A DNA stretch of 64,000 nucleotides, from positions 182,206,312 to 182,270,311 of the forward strand of contig CM097886.1 of assembly GCA_044892525.1 (NCBI GenBank), given 5' to 3'. Each line of letters begins with the position of its first letter. The stretch's first letter is position 1. The notes under the pieces were generated by a model. It did not search any database. It saw only the letters and a program-made list of their open reading frames with translations, and was not told where the DNA came from. Made by a program: the position numbers and the translations under genes. This stretch comes from Schmidtea polychroa (taxonomy: Eukaryota). Below, in pieces: positions 1 to 11,200 of this stretch.

Positions 1-116
1 ATTGGAACTCTGTTTGGTTTGATGTGGTTTCTTAGTTACTGTTACGCATTCAATTTTATATAATATAGATTATTTTTATGTTTGTCTTTTCATTTTCATA
101 ACGATGTCATTGCTAT

Positions 117-538
117 CAGTGCTCGAAGTGAGGCGGGATAGCCGGGATATTATCCCGGCATTGATTATGTAGGCGGAATTGCATCCCGGCACTTCATTTC
201 ATATAATCTATAGGTTTATCCCGGTACTTATTTCATTTTATAGGCACACAAATACTGCAATTAAGGTCACACATAGTACATCCATATATGTATGTATATA
301 TATATATATATTCTTTATTCTCTATTCAATTAAGAATTTCCCAAGCAGCAGTAATGGATAGGTAGGTATATTCTGAAACTTATGATTAAATGGGTGGACA
401 CCCCCCCAAAAAAAATTTGTTGGACACCCCCCAAAGTTTTGCAACACCCCCAACTGAAAATTTCTGCATAAAAGCCTGGAATCCCGGGTGCCACAGCATG
501 CCTATCCCGGCACATATTTTGTTCCACTTCGAGCACTG
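117..538. mobile_element. hAT-type MITE, 422 bp
   Basis: Perfect 14-bp TIR CAGTGCTCGAAGTG / CACTTCGAGCACTG; perfect 8-bp TSD ATTGCTAT (109-116 and 539-546); repeated subterminal ATCCCGG motifs. Confidence 0.93.
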
Positions 539-991
539 ATTGCTATGGTGATTATATAATTTGACCATAGTGGGAATCCTTGGTATACATTACGAATGAT
601 TTTATCCAATCAAATATTGCCAATATGAGCAGTAGCTTTATTAGGTTTTTCCTTCCACTCACTGGAACTTCCATCACTTACGCGAAATAAAAATTCTAGT
701 GGGTTCCATCGCGTTGTGTCATCCAGGTTTTCCACTGCTCGGACCTCAGGTGAAAAAATCCGTCCTCTATCTGTTTTTTAAATTTCCTTTCCCCGAAGCT
801 ATTGGAATAATGATGACCATAAAAATACAACAATCTACTACAATCTCAATTAAAACATTTCTGACACTAATTATACTAATAACAATATTCTTTATTCAAA
901 TATGAATCCTCGACAGCATTATTGAAGTTCCAAACATCTAAATCTAAAATCAGAGGCTAAAAAATGTCCATCTAGTAAAATTAATTTCGAG

Positions 992-2677
992 TTACAAAAA
1001 TTCCAGCATTGGTAGCATGAAAAATGTATTGGGCGATTTCTCTTAAAATAAAATGGCATGGAAATGTCATTATCAATATATTTAGGATTTACTTTCAGCC
1101 GAGCACAAATTTAACGATTCACAGAGTGAAACCGTTTTCTCTTCAGCAATCATAAAGCGGGAAATTTTATCCTGGAAACTCAGGATAAATTCCTTGCATT
1201 CCTTGGTTTGCGATGTTGCCACAAAGAAGCATGCTGCCTCCGCAAGTGTTTTAGTGTTTCCCTATATTGAATTTTTATAAATAGTTTATTATGGCCTGGT
1301 ATTAGAGAAGAACAAGATGTTATATGAAATCTTAGCCTTGGGAATCGAAAACTAATGTTGACTTCGTAAGCACTTATAGAGATGGTTAAGTATGATAGAA
1401 TAAGATCAAGACTAAACGAAGAATACCATAGTTACGCAAAAGTATAAGGTTTCCGCAAGAAATTGTCTCAAAGGAAATTAGCTCCTACTCGGGATTCATT
1501 TGTGAATTGCAATGTAAATTATTTGGTTTCAAAGGGCCTTATCGGTTATTTATCAAATATTATCACATTTTACCACTAGTAATGATGTTTTTGACTAATA
1601 TTTTAAAAACGAGAAAGGAGTATATCAATAAAATGAAAAAAAAATCATGTTTCATTGATAAAGAAAATCGAATATACAAAATATTTAAATAATAAAGTGA
1701 TTTATTATTTAAATATTTTATATAATATATATACATTAACCAATATTTAAAAATTTTTATAAATGAAATGTTTATTAATTTTGTTTAAATGTAGTTACTT
1801 AATTTTGTTTTAATTTGATCATTTTTTATAATTTGTAAAAATAATTGTTTTTTGATGACGTTTCATGGAGTGAATTTTGAAAATGTTGTTTCATAATTTT
1901 GTTTTAATATGGTGATTTATTTAATTTTGTTTAAATGGAGTTTTAAATTTGTTTTAATCAAGTTTTTGTTAACTGTATATAAAAAGTTCATATGAAGTTT
2001 TTTGTATTTTGTTTAAATGGAATGTTTATTTTGTGATTTTTAAATTTTACTTAAATAGAATGTTTCCCCTTATTAAGTTTTTTTATGATATTTTAGGTTT
2101 ACTTTCAGTGTTTAAGTTTTTAAGAAAAGAATTTTTTTGAATTTCATTTGAAAGATATTTGTAAATTGCCAGAAGTTTCCTAAAATGATAAAATCAATAA
2201 TAACAATAATAATAACTTTGTAGATTTTCATTTTTCTTAAGTTACCCAGTGTACTTGAAACCGATTTGCAGATCGAACAATACTTTGAGGGATCTGATTG
2301 GAAGATATATTCAAAAATCTCTAAGTAAATCAAAATACTTGATACACTTTCATCATTTTTGAACAAATCTTCGATTTTGTGGCAAAGGTTTTCCATTTGA
2401 CAAATCTTTTTTGGACTGTCTTTTTTAAGTATTCGTGGAATCAATTTCGGTCCTTCGTTAGTCAAGAAATTGATAATTTTTTCTTTCTTTGGTGAAGAAA
2501 TGATTTTGCAAACATCGATTAAATGCATTTGCACTTGATTCTATGTGAAGAGATGAATAAAAATAGGTAAAGCTTGCCATTTATTTACCGAAGTCAGTGA
2601 AGTGTTGACGAAACGCTCAAAAATATGGATGAATATTTTACATTTTACGCATTTTCTATTTGGTTTCCAATGTGGTT
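992..2677 (-). CDS. Prosaposin-like protein with two tandem saposin-B domains (3' exons; 5' end unresolved)
   Basis: Exons 2677-2589, 2540-2217, 1261-1093 and 1041-992 splice in phase through GT-AG introns of 48, 955 and 51 nt. The product has CVKC...DVC...IC..ENLC, then CSIC...AAC...KEC...SLCESLNLC, the SapB cysteine and helix pattern. Confidence 0.8.
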
Positions 2678-2929
2678 CTGTAAATATATTGGATGAAAAG
2701 TCATTCTATGCCAAGTAATATTTTTTAATAATTACTAATTCGAAATTTCTTTCAGTTTTAAAGAAGTATTGAGTTTTCAAATAATTAAATATTAAAATCT
2801 GTGTTTCTTACTCCACGTGTTCTGTAAAAGCAATTAACTAAAGAACACTCAACATATATTTGTATTAGAATTCGTATAATCAACAAATTACTAAATTCCG
2901 AATATCACAATAAAATGCCTATTCTCACA

Positions 2930-3560
2930 ATTCAATAAGTCTCGCCGTGCCCGCTTTGGTTCTGGACATTTTGCAACAAAAAATCACTTCTTTTCTTTAA
3001 TTCATTAACTTAACTTGATTTTTTTATTTTCCTTTCCGTCTTTTTTTTCTTCGATCTTTAATTTTTCCTTTTTATTCCTATTGTCGATTTTTTCGTCCCT
3101 TCCTGAGGCAAAATACCGATTGCTTCTGAGTTTGAGTTCCTTTATATAATTGAAATAATAGCATTGATTAATGACGTTTCAACTAGATCACCTCTTTTTG
3201 ACAAGATTTGCCTTGCGGCCTTTTTCATATTTTCTCATTCGAAAGAAATAATTAATTAACCCACCGTGCCTCTCCCTTGTGATAATCTTTTTCCCATTTT
3301 CCCATAACTCATGCTGTCATGATGTTTTCCAGAATCCAATTTGTCGACTCTTCTTTCTGTTTACCTAACTCGGGTTTCCCTAATTACCTTTTTTGTACGT
3401 TTTCTTGCATTTCGGCCCTCTTTCTTAACATATTCTAATGAATCCGTTCTCGCCATGATCTTTCCCATCATCTCATTTACATCTGACCCGTTTTTCAAAT
3501 TGTAATTCGATGATTTCTTGATTTTGAATTTTCAATATTCCTTTTTTAATTATTTGGAAA
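2930..3560 (-). CDS. Putative Lys/Glu-rich coding exons of unknown protein
   Basis: Purine-rich minus strand can be spliced in phase through candidate introns of 51, 45, 52 and 53 nt (...ARTDSLEYVKKEGRNARKR...SYGKMGKDYHKGEAR...ELKLRSNRYFASGRDEK...). No family recognised; several alternative splice paths exist. Confidence 0.35.
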
Positions 3561-5852
3561 TTTTAAATTTAAGAACCTCAGCAGAACTATAGCTTTTTAA
3601 CTTGTTTAACATTTATTATAATAATCTATATAATAGTGTTTCTCAAATAATGAAACTCGTATTCATGAGGATAGGAGAAAAGTTTGCAAACAATATGTAA
3701 AAATGAGTGAACGAGCAAGTATTGATTTACAGGGAAAGACGGCATTTCACGCCACACAGGTTAAAGTGTTTTGTCATATTCCAATTAATATTTCTATGGA
3801 GTAGCTTCTCGGTGTTCATACATATTTAATCAAAAGAATACATACATCAAGAAAAAATTAAGAGCTAGAAAGCCAAATTATTATCATATGTCATCTCAAT
3901 TATAATAATATCATCTTTTTCATGGTATTTATAATATAATTTGTTATTTAGCAATTATTATAATTATTACTACTATTAATTCTAAGAACCAGTATTTTAA
4001 ATAATAAATATTTGTTATTGTTAATAAAGTTTAAAAGCGATAAGAGGTTATAGGTATCAAATGTACAAATAGATTCGCACCATTTTGTATATATACTTAT
4101 AAATGTCTATAATATTTAAATTTCCTGTAACCATTAAGACTAAATCAATAATAAATTTTACTTCAGTAATCCAAAAATTACTGAATTTTTAATTCACTAT
4201 TATTAAATTAAGCATTCATTATTTTGAGACGTATTTTAATTGAGCCAATAATTTTTAAAATTATATTAATTCAATAATGCGATAATTGCTCAATTATCAT
4301 TTTTAAAATGATTCTCAAATTTGAAAATAAATCTGCAAGTATTTTCTATTCATAATTTTTATATTTACTCTGCTTGAAATTTTCACATTTTAAAATTACA
4401 TTCTACTTTTAGTTTTCAAAATTATAAATCCTCATATGGAATATCAAATGAACTTCAATCAAAAAATAGCAAATATGACTTTAGCTAAACTTATAAAAAC
4501 CTCGAATACCGAAAATCAAGTTAATAAATCAAGTCTTTTATCAAATATTTTCATTTCTAAAAGTTAGAACTGAGAAATTCGAAATTAAAATATTTGTCAC
4601 TATTGTATTTCTGGTCTATTACAGAATCTTCCTTTCGGCGATATTATTGAAAGGTGGAAGACATTAATAACTAATAATATATATTTGGAAGTATTATATT
4701 GCTTTTTAACAGATAATTTTGATTTAAAAGTCAATTAAAAGTCGAAAATTAAAGTCCATGTCAGGGCTTTGGCACTCAATAAACTATGGCGAATTTTTGA
4801 AAAAGTTCATCATTTGATCCCTCAGGCATAAAGTTAATAAAATCATAACACTAATAAACATATTGCTTTGTAATCACATTTTCTGATGTTTTTGTAAATT
4901 TATTTATTTGTGCAAGAATAAATACGTGTTTATTGTTCCAAAACTAAAGAGAATTAATTAAAAATTTAATTAAAATTAAATTAATTAAATTAATTAATTA
5001 AAATAAATAGAGAATTAATTAAAAAAACTAAACATTTCCAATGAGAATACCAGATTATAATAATTATATTGTAGACCAGGATAATTACACAAATATCCAT
5101 AAAACTAAAACTCCTTAATATAGTACAATATAATAAAATTTTCGGTATCTTGTTTAATTGAGTGAAATCGATAAGATAAATTGTACTTAAATTGGAGATG
5201 TTTTAATTAACTATATTCAAGGTCACTTGGTGCTAATACAAATTAGATTTATTAATTGGATGTTGTAATTAAAAATATAGGTATTTAAACGGGTGATAAA
5301 ATGAAAATAATAGAAAATCCGATTTATTAACATATTATTAAGATCGCAATATTCTCATTTTTTTTATTATAATTGGTTTACTTAAGATATCTTAGCAACT
5401 TTTGTCTTCATAACAATAGATGTTAATATCATTCAATTGTATGAACACAATGTCTATCTCACAACTGCAATTAATTTAAATTCATATATCTGTATTTCAT
5501 TCATATGTTCTTTCTTCATAATAAGTCATCATAGTTTTGTGTTTTTATGTCCTGTGAAATATTCATTAAAAAGTAATGCTTCTTTTAAGATTAATATATA
5601 GTCCCGTTTTATATTCTTAATGTCATTGATTTCACTTAAATAATCAAAAAGGTCAAAAACGAGTTTTATACAGCTGTCATTTCCCATAGAGGAAGACTTT
5701 TGGTTTAGAAGAAATCTAGACCTGAATGATCTCATGAATCTTTTTACAATGATAATAATTTTTGCCACGAATAGATGAAATTAAATCTGATAGTGTCAGA
5801 ATTATTTTTATGGCGTTAATATTTTCTTTATAGAAATCATCATCAACACTAT

Positions 5853-6708
5853 TGTTGAGGTTATAAAATAACCAAAATTAATATTAAACTAAAAGAAGGA
5901 GAGATGTGGAAATTTGGTCAGGGATAGAATCGAGAGTGAAAAGAAAGAAAAAGGGAACAAATGTGTGAGAAAGTGTATCATTATATGGGAAAAGTATAAA
6001 AGTGTGAATAGTGAAAAATCGATAAAAGATTCAAATATTCGAATTGAAATCTGGAAAGTTGGTCATAGGTAGAACATGTAGCGAGGAATAACATGGTAAT
6101 AACGGATTTTTCAGAAAGTGCCAGGAAGAGTGCGAGAAGTATTAATTAATTAATTAATTAGCAAGAAGAAAGAAAACTCGGGTAAATAAGGAGAAAAACA
6201 AACAGAAGGAGATTTTAGGCTCATTATCTTGTCACTATGATTATTGGGAGAAGACCAAGAGAAGATAATGTATGTTCGTTGGACCATTCCGGATGACAGC
6301 CGAAGCTGGGATGTGGAGCTGAATGTCATGAGAGAGATTGGCTCGGCAATAACCATTTGTCATCCCGATTCTGAAGAGTATAAAAGGTAGTGAAAAATCA
6401 GAACAAGCTGGATATCCCCAGATATGGATTTTAAGAAGAAATTTGAGAATAGGCAAAAGGAAAATTATTGGAAGGATTAAGGATAATAACGAGGTGAATA
6501 TTAATAAAAACTTTGACAAAGCATCAACACTGACCGTAGGATCGGTCAAACTCATAAAACTTTGGTCTTTGATTATCTTTGTTTTGATTATTGTGTGAGA
6601 GATATTTTTGTGATTCAATATACGTTGGGTAGTTTGTTGTTTCGTTATTTTCAATTAAAGGGACATGCAGAGTCAGATAGCACCTACTCAAATTAATAAA
6701 ACCCAACA
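5853..6708 (+). mobile_element. Solo LTR-like element, family A copy 1 (856 bp)
   Basis: TGTTG...CAACA termini; 4-bp TSD CTAT; TATA-like TATAAAA near 6378; ATTAAA and GAGTCAG near the 3' end; homologous to 39107-39682 and 50499-50965. Confidence 0.75.
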
Positions 6709-7151
6709 CTATTAAGAAATTACTACCGAAGAAATTCAGTAGAACATTCTGAAAACAAATTACACTTTGTACTGAATATTTTCAAGTCGACTTAAAAAAT
6801 CTGCTTATAATAATAAATCAGTAATTTTATATCGCAGGCCGACTTAGTTGTGTATTGAAAATCTTGTTACACTCAGTATCATTTTTATTATAAGTTTAGA
6901 AATGATAACACACCTCGTAAGATTCCTATAATAAAAAAATACAAACAAATTGCAAAAAATTAATCTATGCGATGAATTAAGTTTTCTTTAATATTTATTT
7001 GATGGAAAATATTAATTATTTTTGAAAGGAAAATTCTTCCTTTATTTCAAATGAGATTTATTTACACAAACTTCACACGTATACGTGTACTTGTGCTTTC
7101 GCTATTGTCTGCACTGGGTTTGGTCAATCAAAAGACAATAACTTCTTAGAA

Positions 7152-7307
7152 ATGGTATTATCTCTATGCAAGTATACAAAGCAAGCAGTACATCGTATAA
7201 TTCCTTCAAGTCTTGCATTAGGTATAGCTTAAAGAACTGTTAACAATATATTGCATGTGTATGAGCAGTGTGGCATTACAACAAACAGAAAAGGTGGTGG
7301 AAAATGA
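7152..7307 (+). pseudogene. Remnant of an IS630/Tc1-like transposase N-terminal HTH
   Basis: Reads ...SLALGIA*RTVNNILHVYEQCGITTNRKGGGK*, resembling the Tc1/IS630 HTH followed by a GG-basic motif; in-frame stops. Confidence 0.35.
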
Positions 7308-7706
7308 GATAATAGGCTCAAGTGACTCAAATACCCGTGAAATCGCTAGAAGATTGAACTGCATCCGACATCAATCGTTCAAATGAAGCATATTTGTTTT
7401 TACCTAATATAGACAGTACTCACTTTGTTAAGGTGACACTGATTTTCCTGAATCACCCCCAAATACCAATCTCCACCAAAAGATATAAACCTGCAGTCTT
7501 AATTCAAGGTCGACGCATAGAAAGCCTGTGTGTGCAGTTGATACCCCTTAACAATGGTTGTTCTGTATGTTTGCACCGCTAGTATGTAGAAATTTTGTGT
7601 TTTACAATTGCTTCTTACCATTTCATATATTATAATACAATTTAAGAGTAGTGCAAATAAAATAAAAGAGAAAACTACAATAGATAGAAATTTTTTAAAC
7701 ATTTTT

Positions 7707-7857
7707 ATTGTATTTATTAAAAAGCTTGATTATGAATCAGTAAATATATCAAAAAGATCGATATATTTACTGATTCAACCTTTTTAACCTTTTTAATAAA
7801 TACAATGTCAATGGAAAAAAAATCAGTGGTGAAGTTTGAAAAAAAAAGTTCTTATAA
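7707..7857. repeat. Hairpin-plus-tail repeat, copy 1
   Basis: About 100-bp imperfect palindrome with an 18-bp perfect inner stem (TGAATCAGTAAATATATC / GATATATTTACTGATTCA) and the tail AATGGAAAA...AGTGGTGAA...TTCTTATAA; homologous to 29555-29692 and 61000-61259. Confidence 0.85.
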
Positions 7858-8889
7858 ACCTTTTTAGTTAAACTAGGCTTTAAAAGAAAATAAATATTAA
7901 AATGTTAAATAATAAATTAAACTTACTTGCAATGTTTAGACGTTTCTAATATTTTTATGCACAAACTATAAATTATTTTTATCAATTTTTATAAATTTAT
8001 TATATATTTCGTTGAAACTAAGTCCTGATTTATACGCCTGTAACTTGCATAGTGCTATCCGGCCAATAAATACAAAAATTAAAGTAAAATTATGTTATAG
8101 AAAAATTGACCAATTGAACCAACCACAACAACAAATATAAAATAATATAAATTAGAAAGCAATGTAAAAAAAGCAAAAGTAAATTTTAAGGATTAAAATT
8201 GGCAAAAAATTGATTTTAAGGTTAGAAAATAAAATCATAAAGAATTTTAATTATTATCTATTTACCCTTCTTTGACAATTCCGATTCAGCGTGTACTTTA
8301 ATATTTTTATTATTATTCCCTTGAAAATAATTTGAACACTGCAATTGGAAAGCCTTAGGAAGTGCTCTACAGAGAGATACTTGATTGGCATTTTGCTAAA
8401 AAGGATTTACAAATAATGGTTCGAATTTGTTTTGAGAAAAAGTAATAGTATGATATTATGTCTACTTTTGAAGCTACATTAGTCACTATTCGATTGAGAT
8501 TCAGTACTGTATGATATATTTAGAAGATCTCAAACATGTCGATGAGATTGTGTAACGTGTTATCAAACGATAATAGATTAGCCAACACCGTCAAAAATTA
8601 CTTATTTTTGTTTAGAAAATGTACTTACGTCAAAGAATCAGTTAAGATTTGAATTATCAAAATAGGTTATTACAATTACATTATTAATTAAGATTTCATA
8701 GTAAATAAATTATATTTAAAAAAATCCATACTATAAAATCCATAATAAATATTGAGCTATGGACAAATATACCTAGAGAATTATATAATTTGATTATTTG
8801 AAACTTTGTAACAAATAGATAAAGGGGTTGTCTCTTTCTCAGGCTTTCGCGTTTACGATCACCTGGCGGAGAATAACAAAGAAAACTGC

Positions 8890-11200
8890 GACGCAATAGA
8901 AAAAAATTTAACAGATGGATGACTTACAGGCTTACGAAACTTTTCACATTCGACTATGGAATGGAGATACAATTGATGTTTTTCTTGCGGATCTGTAGCG
9001 ATTGGCTACGCTGGCCGGGATAAATGATGACGGTCTCCTCAAGAGAGCGCTTGTAGTCGAACTCCTATCAATGGTTTCCCACCAACTTAGAGCTTCAACT
9101 ATAATCTTCAAAATGAACCTTTTCGAAGTTTTTCAACAAGGTCGAGCACTAATATCCGATCAAAATAGCTCTGCTTCTCTAATTGGGGTGAAGAGAAGGG
9201 GTTTGGGCCGGGTAAATAAATCAAACTGTGCTATGGATGTGGAAAATCTGGACATTTCAAAAAAAAGTGTTGGACATGCGGAGTCAAAGGCCGTTCGTCC
9301 AGACAAACTGGAGCGCCAGCGGTTTTTCAGTGACGTCAGGGATGGCACGACTACTTGTCATACTCAGAGTGAATGGAAAGTCGTGCATTGAACTAATTGA
9401 TTTCGGATGTTCCATTGTTTCCGGGATCTTTGCAGAAAGAAGTGGCGAAGCCAGAGATGTTGTTACAGACGATGGAAGAAGAGCCCGATGTATACGCGAG
9501 GATCAGTGTCATTTATCTATTTGAGGAACAAGTTTTGTGTTAAAATTGCTAAGTAATTCCGGGGTGGATGGTATTTTAGGTATCGGTGTGATTGAACGTC
9601 TTGGAGGAGTCTCGATTGACAATTATGGCATAAAGTTTAGTGAATGCATCTGAGTATCTATGGCGGCATTAGTTCAAGAACAAGTGACAATCGATAACGA
9701 ATTTTGACGGAGACAAGCGTACGGTATCTTGGAAATGGAAAGACATACCCTTTATTTTGCGGAACTTTGCCAAATACGCAATTAAGCCTGAAGTGCGACA
9801 AGAATATGAAGCTAAAGTGAAGCGATGGATAATGGAGGGCTGGCTATACCCCGTTGAAAAAGACAGGCTGCGGCATTCTTTCTTTTTTAGCTGCAGTACA
9901 AGAAAACAAGGAGAAGGTTCGACCCATTCTTGACTTTAGGGAACTTAATAAATTCGTGAAGAGACACATTAGCGATAGTGATGTTTGTGGTGAGAGTCTA
10001 AAAAGATGGAGACAGATGGGAGAACAGTTATCGATGCTTGACTTAAAAAATACTTTTCTGCAGTTACATGTAAGCAAAGATCTTTGGGAATTCCAAAAGA
10101 TTAGCAACAAAAAGTAAACATGCTATCTCACAAGTCTAGGATTTGGTTTTAGTTGTGTTCCAAAAATAATGTCCTTGGTGTTGAGAAATGTGCTGAACCT
10201 CGATACCCGAATCCAGAATGCGACAGATTACTACCTTTATGACATAGCTATTAAAACGAGTTTCGTCAATATTGATGAGGTAGTGAAACAGTTGGCTCGG
10301 TATGGATTGGTAACAAACTCAGCGGAACCGTTAGTTGATACAAGTTCTTGGTCTTAAAATTGAACTCAATCTTCGGTTGTACGTACCTGTTATGTTCTAG
10401 ATGAAATGCAGTTGACCCAATTGAAGGTAAAGTTACTCAGTGTAAATTGTCTTCTATTTGCAGAAATCTTATTGTGCAGTGGCTTGCAGTTAACCAAGAG
10501 AATTGGGAATGGTACAAATTGGGATGATCTCATCGGAGTAGAAGATCCAGTCAAAGGGAGCTGGTCTGTAAATAGCATGGATCACTGTACTTTATGGTGC
10601 GATGATAGCAGTTAGTGCTAAGTGTCATATTAGTGATAAATGGCCATGTCGTGGAGGATACAATTTGGCTCAGGAAATGTGATGAAAATTCACATATAAA
10701 TCTCGCTGAGCTCGATGCAGTTCTTAAAGGCGTGAACTTAGCAATTAAATGTAGCGTTAAAAGAATCGAACTGATGATGTATTTGGTCACGGTGGTAGGC
10801 TGGCTGAGAACAATTTTTAACAATGAAGGCAGGATTCGTGTCTATGGGATTTCAGAGACTTTGCTTGGGAATAATAAAAGAGATCATCGAAAATGACAGA
10901 ATTTCCATTTATAAACAATTGGTGAAGTCATCGTAAAACCGAACACATATTGGCTGCGTGACCTTATCGTCAGAACAAGTAAAGAACTGTCACAGCAAAC
11001 ACCGTTTTGGACTGGAAAAATTCATTTATTTCGTTCATTTGGAAAACCCAGATACCCCCGGAGATGAGTCAAGTGTGAAAATGGATAATTAGGGGTCGAT
11101 ACAAATTGGGAAAGACTAGCTGTAGATGTCACGCACTACGAGGAATCTATTTCCTAACTATCGTTGATTGTGGGCCTAGCAGATCTTGCCTTTATAGCCT
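8890..11200 (+). mobile_element. Decayed Ty3/Gypsy-type gag-pol
   Basis: Fragments in order across frames: CCHC knuckle CYGCGKSGHFKKKC (~9225-9270); protease-like LIDFGCS; RT (VRPILDFRELNKFV, SMLDLKNTFLQ, RLGFGFSCVP, degenerate YLYDI); RNase H (TLWCDDS, HINLAELDAVLKGVNLA); integrase (WERLAVDVTHY...IVDCGPSR, ~11105-11185). Many stops and frameshifts. Confidence 0.88.

Noticed and set aside
179-905. Short ORFs 179-361, 330-536, 386-568 and 699-905
   Set aside because: They lie in or next to a MITE and a (TA)n run, and have no protein-like features.
4380-5800. Exon-like pieces (NLPFGDIIERWKTLIT on +; ORF 5529-5768 on -)
   Set aside because: I could not build a consistent spliced model on either strand.
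9002-9391. 129-aa ORF as a host gene
   Set aside because: It overlaps the Gypsy gag region; the informative zinc knuckle is in another frame.
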